A stretch of 64,000 nt of DNA from Gammaproteobacteria bacterium (GTDB lineage Bacteria; Pseudomonadota; Gammaproteobacteria; Eutrophobiales; Eutrophobiaceae), in the NCBI GenBank assembly GCA_028281365.1, contig JANQJZ010000005.1:7192-71191 (forward strand). The letters are read 5' to 3'. The notes below the pieces were generated by a model. The model saw only the letters and a list, made by a program, of their open reading frames with translations. It searched no databases and was not told the DNA's origin. Of the stretch, positions 22,916-32,093 are shown piece after piece (position 1 is the stretch's first letter; every line of letters starts with the position of its first letter). The translations under genes and the position numbers were made by a program.

Positions 22916-22940
22916 CACCAAAGTAAATGTGTTTTGATAA

Positions 22941-22966
22941 AGGCGCTGCATGCAGCGCCTTTTCTA
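22941..22966. terminator. bidirectional rho-independent terminator between coxC and the DUF2909 gene
   Basis: Perfect GC-rich palindrome AGGCGCTGCA/TGCAGCGCCT, followed by TTTTC on the plus strand and preceded by an A-rich run. Confidence 0.75.
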
Positions 22967-22976
22967 TTTATGGTAT

Positions 22977-23195
22977 TTATTGTCCGAGACCGTGTGGTTG
23001 TATCCAGCCGAACACATAGCCAACAATTAAAGAAATAAACAGGATAATTGAAAGCGTGATCCTGAAGGTTAGTGAAGTAACAAGACGTTTGGATTTCGAG
23101 TCATCTTTAACTAAAAAGATTGCGCCGGAGGCAAGAGACATAATTATTAATATAAGCAAAATGATGATAAATGCTTTAAATAATACGGCGCTCAT
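22977..23195 (-). CDS. twin-transmembrane-helix small protein (DUF2909-like)
   Basis: 72 aa with two hydrophobic helices. A recurrent neighbour of aa3 oxidase clusters. Confidence 0.6.
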   Translation of the reverse strand: MSAVLFKAFIIILLILIIMSLASGAIFLVKDDSKSKRLVTSLTFRITLSIILFISLIVGYVFGWIQPHGLGQ

Positions 23196-23265
23196 TTAAT
23201 ACCTCAACAATTAATATTTGCAATATGACAGTATAACCAGCAATCTGTTGTAAGTATCGAAATAT

Positions 23266-24033
23266 ATGAACATAAACATAGGCAAAAGGTGTTTTAGTCC
23301 CGGACTACTCTCCAGTTTATTGGCGTTGATCTTTTTTTGTTTGTTTATTTCTCTGGGCTTATGGCAGTTGGATCGTGCTGAATACAAGAGAACATTATAT
23401 AAAGATTTTTTAAGCAGACAGAACGCAGCCGCGATAAATTTAAAAGAAATAGTGGAGACAAATGATTATAAAAAATATCTATGGCGTCATGTTATTGCTA
23501 TCGGCAACTTTGACGAAAGTGTTCAGATCATACTGGATAATCAGGTTAAACAAGGACAGCCCGGCTATTTTGTTTATACCCCATTTAATATAAGTGGGAG
23601 TAAGGATGTCTGGGCGCTGGTAAATCGTGGTTGGATAGCAGCCGGTCTGGACAGGAACAAACCGCCAGAATTAATAAAAACAAATTCCGCGATCACAATT
23701 AATGCTGTTATTAAGGAAATACCAAAAACGGGTATAAAATTAAAAGAAACTGAACCTGAAAAAATGACAGAAGAGATCTATCGGGTTGATAATATAAATT
23801 TAGCCGAGATAGAAAAGTTAATTGATAAAAAACTATTACCGGTAATTATCAGACTGGAGCCTGATGCTGATGCAGCTTACATAAGAGAATGGCGTGTCCC
23901 GGGATCAGGCGAAGAAGTGCATGAAGGTTATGCCTTTCAATGGTTTGCTTTTGCAGCAACATTATTTGTTATTTATATCGTGGTCAATACAAAAAAATTA
24001 AGTGAAGAAGATGGAAGAGAAGAAAAAGAATAA
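23266..24033 (+). CDS. SURF1 family cytochrome oxidase biogenesis protein
   Basis: 255 aa with N- and C-terminal TM helices. ...LGLWQLDRAEYK... and C-terminal ...YAFQWF... motifs. Confidence 0.88.
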   Translation: MNINIGKRCFSPGLLSSLLALIFFCLFISLGLWQLDRAEYKRTLYKDFLSRQNAAAINLKEIVETNDYKKYLWRHVIAIGNFDESVQIILDNQVKQGQPGYFVYTPFNISGSKDVWALVNRGWIAAGLDRNKPPELIKTNSAITINAVIKEIPKTGIKLKETEPEKMTEEIYRVDNINLAEIEKLIDKKLLPVIIRLEPDADAAYIREWRVPGSGEEVHEGYAFQWFAFAATLFVIYIVVNTKKLSEEDGREEKE

Positions 24034-24607
24034 ATTAACAATTATTTTAATTGTGATTGCATTTTTAAGCCCGGTTATTATTTCATGGTGGTATCTGAAC
24101 TTTACCGATGTATTAACAGAAGGCGATAAATCAAATCATGGTGAGTTAATTAGTCCGCCCAGACAAATTGCTGATCTGGAATTATTGGAACCGATTGCCA
24201 ATAAGGATTATCAGTTACATGGCAAATGGAGCATGATTTATGTTGCCGATACATGCGATGAAGTTTGTATTAATAATCTCCATCGCATGCGCCAGATACA
24301 TATCGCAATGGATAAACATTCGCTTAGAGTGCAACGGGTTTTATTTTTAACTGGCGATAGTAATCAAAACTTAACTTCACTGTTTGCTGATTATGCTGGT
24401 CAGCGAGTTATTAAAAAAGACAATGCAGGGATAAATAATTTATTACAAAATTTTCAATTAAATGAAACAGATGATCCGCTAGCTACGCACCGACTTTATA
24501 TTATCGATCCGCTTGGTAACCTGATGATGAGTTATCCGCCTGATGTTAATCCACGCGGAATAATGAAGGACCTTAAAAAATTATTAAAATCATCCAGGAT
24601 TGGATAA
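24002..24607 (+). CDS. membrane-anchored thioredoxin-fold protein, SCO1/SenC-like (CxxxC)
   Basis: 201 aa. N-terminal TM. ...MIYVADTCDEVCINNLHRM... resembles the SCO CxxxC copper-binding context. Sits between SURF1 and ctaA. Start (GTG 24002 or ATG 24011) is uncertain. Confidence 0.45.
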   Translation: MKKMEEKKKNKLTIILIVIAFLSPVIISWWYLNFTDVLTEGDKSNHGELISPPRQIADLELLEPIANKDYQLHGKWSMIYVADTCDEVCINNLHRMRQIHIAMDKHSLRVQRVLFLTGDSNQNLTSLFADYAGQRVIKKDNAGINNLLQNFQLNETDDPLATHRLYIIDPLGNLMMSYPPDVNPRGIMKDLKKLLKSSRIG

Positions 24608-24635
24608 GCACATTTAACCTGTTTGATATTATTTT

Positions 24636-25637
24636 ATGAACCCAAACCTGTCTTTACTTAATTCCTGCCGACTCGCTTGTGTGCTCGCCTTTGTCGTTAT
24701 TATTTTAGGCGCTTACACACGTTTATCTGATGCCGGCCTGGGTTGCCCCGATTGGCCGGGTTGTTATGGCAGGATGGTTGTTTCAGATGAAACGAAATAT
24801 ATTAATGCAGCCAACGAGGCTTATCCGGACAGACCGTTTAAAGAAGACAAGGCATGGAAAGAAATGATCCATCGTTATGTTGCCGGCACATTAGGAATTC
24901 TGATCTTGTTTATGGCGGCTTTTGCCTGGATGAAAACGATCAATACACATACTCGTCTATTAGCATCCGGACTATTGCTATTGGTCATCTTTCAGGCTTT
25001 GTTAGGGATGTGGACGGTAACATTATTATTAAAACCATTTGTTGTTGTTATGCATTTATTAGGCGGCATGACGATCATTAGCCTGCTTTACTGGATGATG
25101 CTGAGAGTTCAACTCGATAATAGCGGGATAAGTCGTCAGGAAGATTCATCGTTAACTATGTGGGCAGTATTCGGCCTGGTTGTGCTGGTATTACAGATAT
25201 CATTAGGCGGTTGGACCAGTTCAAATTATGCGGCCCTCGCCTGCCCGGATTTCCCGACCTGCCAGAGAGCGATCTGGCCGGAAATGGATTTTAAAGAGGC
25301 ATTTGTTCTTTGGCGTGGTCTGGGTATTGATTATGAAGGAGGTGTACTCGATGGTCCTGCTCGTACCGCGATCCACATGAGCCATCGCATCGGCGCGGTA
25401 ATTACATTTTTGACGATTTTGCTAATTGCCATAAAAATGATGGCTCAATCCATTAAAGCGATACGATTGACCGGCATTGTAATGTTGGTATTACTGATTA
25501 CCCAGGTTTCACTGGGGATCGCCAATGTCGTTTTTCATCTGCCATTACTGGTGGCAGTGGCGCACAATGGGGTCGCTGCGTTATTATTACTGTCCTTGGT
25601 GACTTTGTTACATCAAAGTATCCCTATAAAAAGATAA
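24636..25637 (+). CDS. ctaA: heme A synthase (COX15/CtaA)
   Basis: 333 aa polytopic protein. CPDWPGC and CPDFPTC cysteine pairs and conserved His residues (HR..A). Confidence 0.9.
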   Translation: MNPNLSLLNSCRLACVLAFVVIILGAYTRLSDAGLGCPDWPGCYGRMVVSDETKYINAANEAYPDRPFKEDKAWKEMIHRYVAGTLGILILFMAAFAWMKTINTHTRLLASGLLLLVIFQALLGMWTVTLLLKPFVVVMHLLGGMTIISLLYWMMLRVQLDNSGISRQEDSSLTMWAVFGLVVLVLQISLGGWTSSNYAALACPDFPTCQRAIWPEMDFKEAFVLWRGLGIDYEGGVLDGPARTAIHMSHRIGAVITFLTILLIAIKMMAQSIKAIRLTGIVMLVLLITQVSLGIANVVFHLPLLVAVAHNGVAALLLLSLVTLLHQSIPIKR

Positions 25638-25655
25638 TAAATCAGAGGAAAATTC

Positions 25656-26567
25656 TTGGATAATCGCCCGATAACAGACGCTGCTGCCTCGGTAAATTGG
25701 CAGGATTACCTGGCCTTATGTAAGCCAAAGGTCGTCTCGTTGATTGTATTTACCGCCGTGGTCGGTATGTTTCTGGCGACCCCGGCGATGGTGCCATGGG
25801 ATATTCTGATATTTGGCACTATTGGTATTGGCCTTGCCGCGTCCTCAGCGGCGGCGATTAATCACGTTGTCGATCACCGCATAGATTCAATCATGGCGCG
25901 GACGATGAAGCGGCCACTGCCAAAAGGAAATGTCAGTGTTATCAATGCCGTTATTTTTGCCTGGTTCCTGGGAACGATCTCAATGGGCATCCTCGCCTTT
26001 TTAGTCAATCCACTCACCGCCGGCCTGACGGCTATTTCACTGATTGGCTATGGTTTTATCTATTCGATGTTTTTGAAGCGTGCGACACCACAGAATATCG
26101 TTATTGGTGGCGCGGCTGGTGCGGCACCCCCGGTATTGGGTTGGACGGCTGTTACCGGAACACTGGATCCCAATTCATTATTATTGTTTCTGATTATCTT
26201 CGCCTGGACACCGCCACATTTCTGGGCCCTGGCTATCTATCGCAGAGATGATTATGCCTCGGTCGATATCCCGATGTTACCGGTCACACATGGTGTGGAA
26301 TTCACGCGTTTGCATATCCTGCTGTACACCATCGTATTATGTATCGTTACCTTATTACCCTATTTAACCTATATGTCAGGTGTCTTTTATCTGGTCTGTA
26401 CCTTGTTATTGAACGCAGGCTTTCTTTATTACGCAATTCGTATGCAAAAAGATCATTCTGATCGATTGGCAATGCAAACCTTCTCTTATTCAATTATCTA
26501 TTTGATGATTTTATTTGCTGTACTACTCATCGATCATTATATTCCGCTGCTTGCCAGCGTTCTTTAA
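25656..26567 (+). CDS. cyoE: protoheme IX farnesyltransferase (heme O synthase)
   Basis: 303 aa, UbiA-family. ...NHVVDHRIDSIMARTMKRPLP... motif. TTG start as in the ORF track. Confidence 0.93.
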   Translation: MDNRPITDAAASVNWQDYLALCKPKVVSLIVFTAVVGMFLATPAMVPWDILIFGTIGIGLAASSAAAINHVVDHRIDSIMARTMKRPLPKGNVSVINAVIFAWFLGTISMGILAFLVNPLTAGLTAISLIGYGFIYSMFLKRATPQNIVIGGAAGAAPPVLGWTAVTGTLDPNSLLLFLIIFAWTPPHFWALAIYRRDDYASVDIPMLPVTHGVEFTRLHILLYTIVLCIVTLLPYLTYMSGVFYLVCTLLLNAGFLYYAIRMQKDHSDRLAMQTFSYSIIYLMILFAVLLIDHYIPLLASVL

Positions 26568-26687
26568 AAGCCTACAGGTATACTGCCAGTCTACCTGGTA
26601 AATGTGCGTTAGCTCCATAAATAGTGCTGAAGGCATTGAACTGTGTGTCTATGGTCCGGTCTGAACGATTAGCTTAGGAGAAATAAT

Positions 26688-27206
26688 ATGCAACGCAGAG
26701 AGTTTTTAATAAAAACGAGCGGTGTATTCGGTACTGTATTGGCAATGGGCCCACAAGTGTTTGCTCACGAGGTCAACAAACAACTTAATATTACCCCTTT
26801 AAAAAAGTCCGACAAGGAATGGCGCAAACTCGTTAGCGGCCGTCAGTTTGATATCCTCTTTGAAGAAGGTACGGAACCACCAGGTTCAAGCCCGCTTGAC
26901 AAGATCTATAATGAAGGCACTTATATTTGTGCTGCATGTTATCTGCCCTTGTTTGAATCAGAAACCAAATACGATAGCGGTACGGGTTGGCCCAGTTTTT
27001 ATCAACCGATAGCGGATCGTGTAGGGACCAAGCTGGACTTAAAATTAATATGGCCACGTACGGAATACCATTGTGTTCGTTGCGGCGGTCATCAGGGTCA
27101 TGTGTTTGAAGATGGACCCGAACCGACCGGCCTGCGTTATTGTAATAATGGTCTTGCCTTAAACTTTATCCCAGCCGATCAACCGTTACCCGAATTAAGG
27201 GGATAA
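26688..27206 (+). CDS. msrB: peptide-methionine (R)-S-oxide reductase MsrB with Tat-type signal peptide
   Basis: N-terminus MQRREFLIKTSGVFGTVLAMGPQVFA (RRxFLK-like). Two CxxC zinc pairs (CAACYLP, CVRCGGH). Catalytic RYCNN context. Confidence 0.9.
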   Translation: MQRREFLIKTSGVFGTVLAMGPQVFAHEVNKQLNITPLKKSDKEWRKLVSGRQFDILFEEGTEPPGSSPLDKIYNEGTYICAACYLPLFESETKYDSGTGWPSFYQPIADRVGTKLDLKLIWPRTEYHCVRCGGHQGHVFEDGPEPTGLRYCNNGLALNFIPADQPLPELRG

Positions 27207-27211
27207 TAAAA

Positions 27212-27805
27212 ATGAAAAACCCCCTGTTCGCTGTAATGTTATACAGCATCTCCCTGCCATTGTTTGCCACAACAGACTCAGTGATCTTTGCTGGCGGTTG
27301 CTTCTGGTGTATGGAGCTACCCTTTGACAAACTTGATGGTGTTGTGCGTACCACTTCAGGTTATTCCGGTGGGCACACTGAAAACCCGACTTATAAAAGT
27401 ACGTCATCCGGTACAACCGGACACTATGAAGTTGTCGAGATCGAATATGATCCGGCAAAAGTCAGTTATGAAAAACTGCTGGATGTTTTTTGGAAGAATA
27501 TTGATCCATTTGATGATAAAGGGCAGTTCTGTGATAAAGGTCCGCAATACCGTGCAGCGATCTTTACCAAAAATGATGAAGAAAAAAAGTTGGCTATAAA
27601 AAGCAAGGAAGCATTACAAAAAAAATTAGGCAACAAGGTAACGATCATTACCGAAGTACTTCCAGCTAAAAAGTTTTATGCTGCAGAAGACTATCATCAA
27701 AACTATTATCAAAAAAACCCGCTACGATATAAGTACTATCGTTATGGTTGTGGTAGAGATAACCGTTTAAAACAAGTGGAAAAAATTGTTAATTCGGAAA
27801 ACTAA
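27212..27805 (+). CDS. msrA: peptide-methionine (S)-S-oxide reductase MsrA with Sec-type signal peptide
   Basis: Catalytic GGCFWCME motif preceded by the hydrophobic leader MKNPLFAVMLYSISLPLFA. 197 aa. Confidence 0.92.
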   Translation: MKNPLFAVMLYSISLPLFATTDSVIFAGGCFWCMELPFDKLDGVVRTTSGYSGGHTENPTYKSTSSGTTGHYEVVEIEYDPAKVSYEKLLDVFWKNIDPFDDKGQFCDKGPQYRAAIFTKNDEEKKLAIKSKEALQKKLGNKVTIITEVLPAKKFYAAEDYHQNYYQKNPLRYKYYRYGCGRDNRLKQVEKIVNSEN

Positions 27806-27806
27806 A

Positions 27807-27827
27807 CTGTATTTTTAATAAATACAG
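27807..27827 (+). terminator. weak AT-rich hairpin after msrA (possible terminator)
   Basis: CTGTATTT-TTAAT-AAATACAG, an 8-bp stem with no proper T-tract. Confidence 0.25.
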
Positions 27828-27869
27828 AATACAATCGCGGCTGTAAAATAATTCAAAAAAGGATGTCTA

Positions 27870-28796
27870 ATGCAGTCGATCATTTCGGTCAAAGACCTTT
27901 ATAAGACGTATGCTTCGGGGTTTCAGGCCCTAAAAGAAATTAATCTGGAAATCAGTCGTGGTGAGATCTTCGCCCTGCTCGGTCCTAACGGTGCCGGTAA
28001 AACGACATTAATCAGTATTATCTGTGGCATTGTTAATCCAACGAGCGGTGAGGTCTTTGCCGATGGCCATAACATCATTACCGATTTTCGCGCCGCACGA
28101 TCAAAGATCGGTTTGGTTCCACAAGAGCTATCAACCGATATGTTTGAAAGCGTTTGGGGTACAGTTAATTTTAGTCGAGGCGTATTCGGTAAATCTGCGG
28201 ACCCGGTTTATATTGAAAAGGTGTTGCGTGATCTTTCTTTATGGGACAAGAAGGATTCAAAGATCATGGCGTTATCGGGCGGCATGAAGCGACGCGTTAT
28301 GATCGCCAAGGCATTGTCGCATGAACCAACGATATTATTTCTCGATGAACCCACTGCCGGTGTTGATGTTGAGTTACGCCAGGACATGTGGGAGATGGTG
28401 CGCGGTCTTCGTGAAAGCGGCGTCACAATTATATTAACAACACACTATATAGAAGAAGCTGAACAAATGGCGGATCGTATTGGTGTGATCAATAAAGGTG
28501 AAATTATTGTCGTTGAAGATAAAACCAAATTAATGAAACAACTTGGCAAGAAACAATTAACCTTACATTTACAGAATACCCTAACAAGCATTCCTGATGA
28601 ATTAACCGGGTTTTCACTTGAGCTAACAGCCGAAGGTAATGAGCTGGTATATACCTTTGACACACAATTGGAACACACTGGTATCGCTGCACTACTAAGA
28701 AAACTTAATGAACATGGTATTGATTTTAAAGATCTCCATTCAAGTGAAAGTTCACTGGAAGAGATCTTCGTCAGTCTGGTGAGGACAAAACAATGA
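27870..28796 (+). CDS. yadG: ABC transporter ATP-binding protein (YadG-like, ABC-2 subfamily)
   Basis: 308 aa. Walker [10 protein letters not shown], signature LSGGMKRR, Walker B LFLDEP. Same length and layout as E. coli YadG. Confidence 0.85.
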   Translation: MQSIISVKDLYKTYASGFQALKEINLEISRGEIFALLGPNGAGKTTLISIICGIVNPTSGEVFADGHNIITDFRAARSKIGLVPQELSTDMFESVWGTVNFSRGVFGKSADPVYIEKVLRDLSLWDKKDSKIMALSGGMKRRVMIAKALSHEPTILFLDEPTAGVDVELRQDMWEMVRGLRESGVTIILTTHYIEEAEQMADRIGVINKGEIIVVEDKTKLMKQLGKKQLTLHLQNTLTSIPDELTGFSLELTAEGNELVYTFDTQLEHTGIAALLRKLNEHGIDFKDLHSSESSLEEIFVSLVRTKQ

Positions 28797-29554
28797 ATAT
28801 TTATGCAATTAAAGCAATCTATCTTTTTGAGATGGCCCGGACCGCTAGAACACTAATGCAAAGTATCGCATCCCCCGTGCTATCAACCTCTCTCTATTTT
28901 GTTGTTTTTGGTGCAGCGATTGGATCACGTATGGGTGAGATCGACGGTATCAGTTACGGCGCATTTATTATTCCCGGTTTGATCATGTTGTCATTATTAA
29001 ATGAAAGTATTTCCAATGCCTCATTCGCTATCTACATGCCAAAATTTACCGGTACCATTTACGAAGTATTGTCTGCCCCGTTATCGTATATTGAAATCCT
29101 GATCGGCTATGTTGGCGCGGCCGCAACGAAATCAGTAATACTGGGGATTCTAATCTTGTTTACAGCGCGTTTATTTGTTGACTACGAAATTGCACATCCA
29201 TTATATATGTTGGGCTTTCTTATATTAACGGCCCTGACGTTCAGTTTGTTTGGTTTTATTCTTGGTGTTTGGGCAGACAGTTTTGAAAAACTTCAAATCG
29301 TACCGATGATGATCGTCACGCCATTAACATTTCTTGGTGGCAGCTTTTATTCAATTAACATGTTGCCGCCACTATGGCAAAAGATAACCCTGTTTAATCC
29401 GGTTGTATATCTAATCAGTGGTTTTCGTTGGAGCTTTTATGGTATTGCCGATGTTAATGTCATACTGAGTCTAGGCATGATTACATTATTCATGTTGATT
29501 TGTTTAACCACAGTATGGTGGATATTTAAAACCGGCTATCAATTAAAGGCCTGA
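28793..29554 (+). CDS. yadH: ABC-2 type transporter permease (YadH-like)
   Basis: 253 aa, 6-TM. 4-nt overlap with the ATPase gene. Confidence 0.82.
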   Translation: MNIYAIKAIYLFEMARTARTLMQSIASPVLSTSLYFVVFGAAIGSRMGEIDGISYGAFIIPGLIMLSLLNESISNASFAIYMPKFTGTIYEVLSAPLSYIEILIGYVGAAATKSVILGILILFTARLFVDYEIAHPLYMLGFLILTALTFSLFGFILGVWADSFEKLQIVPMMIVTPLTFLGGSFYSINMLPPLWQKITLFNPVVYLISGFRWSFYGIADVNVILSLGMITLFMLICLTTVWWIFKTGYQLKA

Positions 29555-29560
29555 TAACAC

Positions 29561-30007
29561 TTATTGATCCGGTACCTCTCCATACGGATACTTGTACGAA
29601 CCATAGCGAATAACGAGAATCGAAAATGCCAGGATCAAAACAGCAGCTGATATATAGATGATCCCGAGATCAGCAACATGGTTATTTTGAATATTACCAA
29701 GCAACATTCTTGTTAATGCTGTAATACCAACATAAATTAAAAATCGAACCGGCATATGATTAGTTTTAAAATAAATACCGACCATCGACAGTAATTCAAG
29801 ATAGATAAATAACAACAAAATATCTTCAATAGTGATATGACCATTAATGATCATACCGATAAATTCCGAGATGCCAGACCAGACAATGGCTGCACCAATA
29901 GCAAACAGAGTCAGATAGTGGGCACCATCAACCAGAAACCCACCAAAGTGATCGACATTACCTTTTAAAGGATTAGCTTGTTGTTCGCTAAGGCTGTTAT
30001 CAGTCAT
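29561..30007 (-). CDS. psiE: phosphate-starvation-inducible protein PsiE family
   Basis: 148 aa, 4-TM. Conserved ...LLLFIYLELLSMVGIYFKTNHMPVRFLIYVGITALTR... Confidence 0.8.
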   Translation of the reverse strand: MTDNSLSEQQANPLKGNVDHFGGFLVDGAHYLTLFAIGAAIVWSGISEFIGMIINGHITIEDILLLFIYLELLSMVGIYFKTNHMPVRFLIYVGITALTRMLLGNIQNNHVADLGIIYISAAVLILAFSILVIRYGSYKYPYGEVPDQ

Positions 30008-30033
30008 CGAGCTCCCCCATTTACTTTTCTCCT

Positions 30034-30062
30034 AATGTATCTCTGTTTCCGGATAATGACAA
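30034..30062 (-). promoter_or_regulatory. putative psiE promoter (TTGTCA-17-TACATT) with Pho-box-like direct repeats over the -35
   Basis: The minus strand reads TTGTCATTATCCGGAAAC...TACATT. Half-sites TTGTCAT (6/7) and CGGAAAC (5/7) against the Pho-box repeat CTGTCAT. A GGGGGAG SD precedes the ATG. Confidence 0.35.
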
Positions 30063-30120
30063 TGTCTATAAATTACTTTGTTTATGTTGCTTAAATTCCT
30101 AATTTTGCTAGATTTAGCCT

Positions 30121-31011
30121 ATGGATAATAAAGCTAAGAATGGTACGGTGTCTGAGGTAGAGGGAAAGGAATGCATTTTTTATGACGGTCACTGGATTCG
30201 TCATTACCAATCGAACACCAATACGCTTGTCGATAAGAAGAAAATGATCGACCAGCTAACGCGCAGGGTCTTTCATAATGTTGAACCAGGTATAAATACA
30301 CCAGGGTACCGTGTAGAAGAAATTCGACAGATCTTTGAACAGGAAACTAATCCGGCCAAGAAGCGGGTCAAAGGCGCAATGCTGGCTGGTGCACTGCTGA
30401 ATCGCGGTCGTGATATCCTGAATGCCATCGTTGAGCTTGAGGAAGCCGGCGTTAAAATCGAAACAAATAACGAATTACTTGAGCGGTGTGGTAAGTGTTT
30501 TGTCGAGGCTCTGGTACTTGGCGAAAATATCAAGTTGGCCAATGGAGATGAATCCGTGGCTGAACTCTGGGGAGAGCCATTCAGGGTGTTTTCTCTTCCA
30601 ATTGAGGAATTCTTTGAAAGTCGATATATCAAGATTGCACAAACCATGACCGAGATCGATCAGGTTACAGAAATAATGTTGACGGTCATTGACAAATCGC
30701 CAATTTTTGCTGACGCGAAAGATAAAACAATTGAACTAAGCAAGGCTTCAAAATTAGCTTGTGAAACACTGCGTAGTGATCCGGTCATATTCGAGGTTTG
30801 GCCACGTTATGTTGTTGCCAAGGAGTCGTTTGAAGCATTCAAGCCAAACATCGATAGCATTGCTGAAAATGGTCAACGACTTATTTATAAAGAAGGTTAT
30901 GAACTGATCAGGGAAGGCGGTTCTTTGTTGACCATGATGTCAAGTTTACGCATACCAATAGAAGATAGTGTTAAAAGCTATATCGATAAATGTAAGGAAT
31001 ACTCTGTATAA
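30121..31011 (+). CDS. hypothetical protein (no recognisable family)
   Basis: 296-aa uninterrupted ORF, predicted soluble and largely helical. Divergent from psiE. Confidence 0.6.
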   Translation: MDNKAKNGTVSEVEGKECIFYDGHWIRHYQSNTNTLVDKKKMIDQLTRRVFHNVEPGINTPGYRVEEIRQIFEQETNPAKKRVKGAMLAGALLNRGRDILNAIVELEEAGVKIETNNELLERCGKCFVEALVLGENIKLANGDESVAELWGEPFRVFSLPIEEFFESRYIKIAQTMTEIDQVTEIMLTVIDKSPIFADAKDKTIELSKASKLACETLRSDPVIFEVWPRYVVAKESFEAFKPNIDSIAENGQRLIYKEGYELIREGGSLLTMMSSLRIPIEDSVKSYIDKCKEYSV

Positions 31012-31085
31012 ATTCTTTAATTCAGTTAAAGAAAGATTGATATTACTTTTTTGTTCCGGAAGCCAATATATTGTTGAGGTTTAAT

Positions 31086-31751
31086 TCATGCGCTTTCGGC
31101 CGAGAGTGCCCTCATCATAACCTCAAGTGCCTGAACATAAGAGTTGTGCATCTTTTTATAAAATTCTTCAGCCATTAATTTTTTCTGCCATGAATCCAGA
31201 TTTGGAAACTCCGACATATCTACCTCAATGGCTTCGGCGGGATCGACAGTGGCCAATAAACAAAAGTCCGCAATGGATAATGTATCCCTTGCCAAATAAG
31301 TTGAATTAGCTAATTGATTATCAACTACAGTGAAGAAACGATTGATAAAATTTTTACCGTCTTCCAGTGATTGTTCATCTACTTCAACTTCGATAATAGG
31401 TGCAAGAAATTTATTAAACAAAACTTTGCCAACACCATTAGCCACGTGAATCGCAGTAAAGTCCAGCCACTTATCGATATTGGCCTGGCCCTCATAATCA
31501 GAGGCATAAAAGTCAGAGTCAAACTTGCGACAAAGGTATTTCATAATGGCATTACTTTCAAATAGCGTAAAACCATCAACATCAATAACCGGAATTTTGC
31601 CGGAAGGACTCATTTTTAAAAATTCATCCGTCTGTGTTTCTTCAGCAATAGGACTAATGCGTATAAATTCATAATCCTGACCCATGGCGTTCAAACAAAG
31701 ACGGACGCGATTGACAGGAAATGAAACGTCCAGACCGTATAACTTAATCAT
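31086..31751 (-). CDS. glutathione S-transferase family protein
   Basis: 221 aa. N-terminal thioredoxin-like GST domain (...SPSGKIPVIDVDGFTLFESNAIMKYL...). Confidence 0.85.
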   Translation of the reverse strand: MIKLYGLDVSFPVNRVRLCLNAMGQDYEFIRISPIAEETQTDEFLKMSPSGKIPVIDVDGFTLFESNAIMKYLCRKFDSDFYASDYEGQANIDKWLDFTAIHVANGVGKVLFNKFLAPIIEVEVDEQSLEDGKNFINRFFTVVDNQLANSTYLARDTLSIADFCLLATVDPAEAIEVDMSEFPNLDSWQKKLMAEEFYKKMHNSYVQALEVMMRALSAESA

Positions 31752-31777
31752 GCCTCTCCCCTTTTATTTAGTGTTTA

Positions 31778-32044
31778 TTATCGTAATTGGCTGTCTTTAC
31801 TGCCGCGACGGTTGAACAGTTGCAGGTCTTTTTCTTCGGAGTCATGTTGAGATTGGCAATCCACACACAGGCGTACGCCAGGAACCGCTTCGCGTCGTGC
31901 CTGGGGAATCTCAGCCTCGCATTCTTCACAATGCGTCAGGCTTTCACCTTTGGGCAATTGGCTGCGCGCGAGCTTAATCGCATCTTTGACGCTATCGTCA
32001 ATCTGATCCTGAACCGCTCCGTCTTTTGACCAACCCCCTGCCAA
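31778..32044 (-). CDS. ybiI: DksA/TraR-family C4 zinc-finger protein (YbiI-like)
   Basis: 88 aa. CEECEAEIPQARREAVPGVRLCVDCQ and C-terminal NRRGSKDSQLR align almost residue for residue with E. coli YbiI as I recall it. Confidence 0.8.
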   Translation of the reverse strand: MAGGWSKDGAVQDQIDDSVKDAIKLARSQLPKGESLTHCEECEAEIPQARREAVPGVRLCVDCQSQHDSEEKDLQLFNRRGSKDSQLR

Positions 32045-32093
32045 TATTCTTCTCCTAAAAGATTTAATTATAGATCAATCGACAGTTACTCTT

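Noticed and set aside
26568-26687. Possible structured RNA or terminator in the ctaB-msrB spacer (partial dyad CTACAGGTA / TACCTGGTA).
   Set aside because: The dyad is imperfect and short, lacks a T-tract, and matches no riboswitch class I recognise. It is most simply the msrB promoter region.
27288-27599. 103-aa same-strand alternative-frame ORF inside msrA. Similar same-strand overlaps occur at 9708..9908 in recF, 24854..25081 in ctaA, 28024..28287 in the ABC ATPase, and on the minus strand at 37242..37457 in ftsE and 49260..49460 in the ABC ATPase.
   Set aside because: There are no motifs or SD sequences. Each is embedded in a frame-shifted reading of a conserved gene and is treated as a chance ORF.
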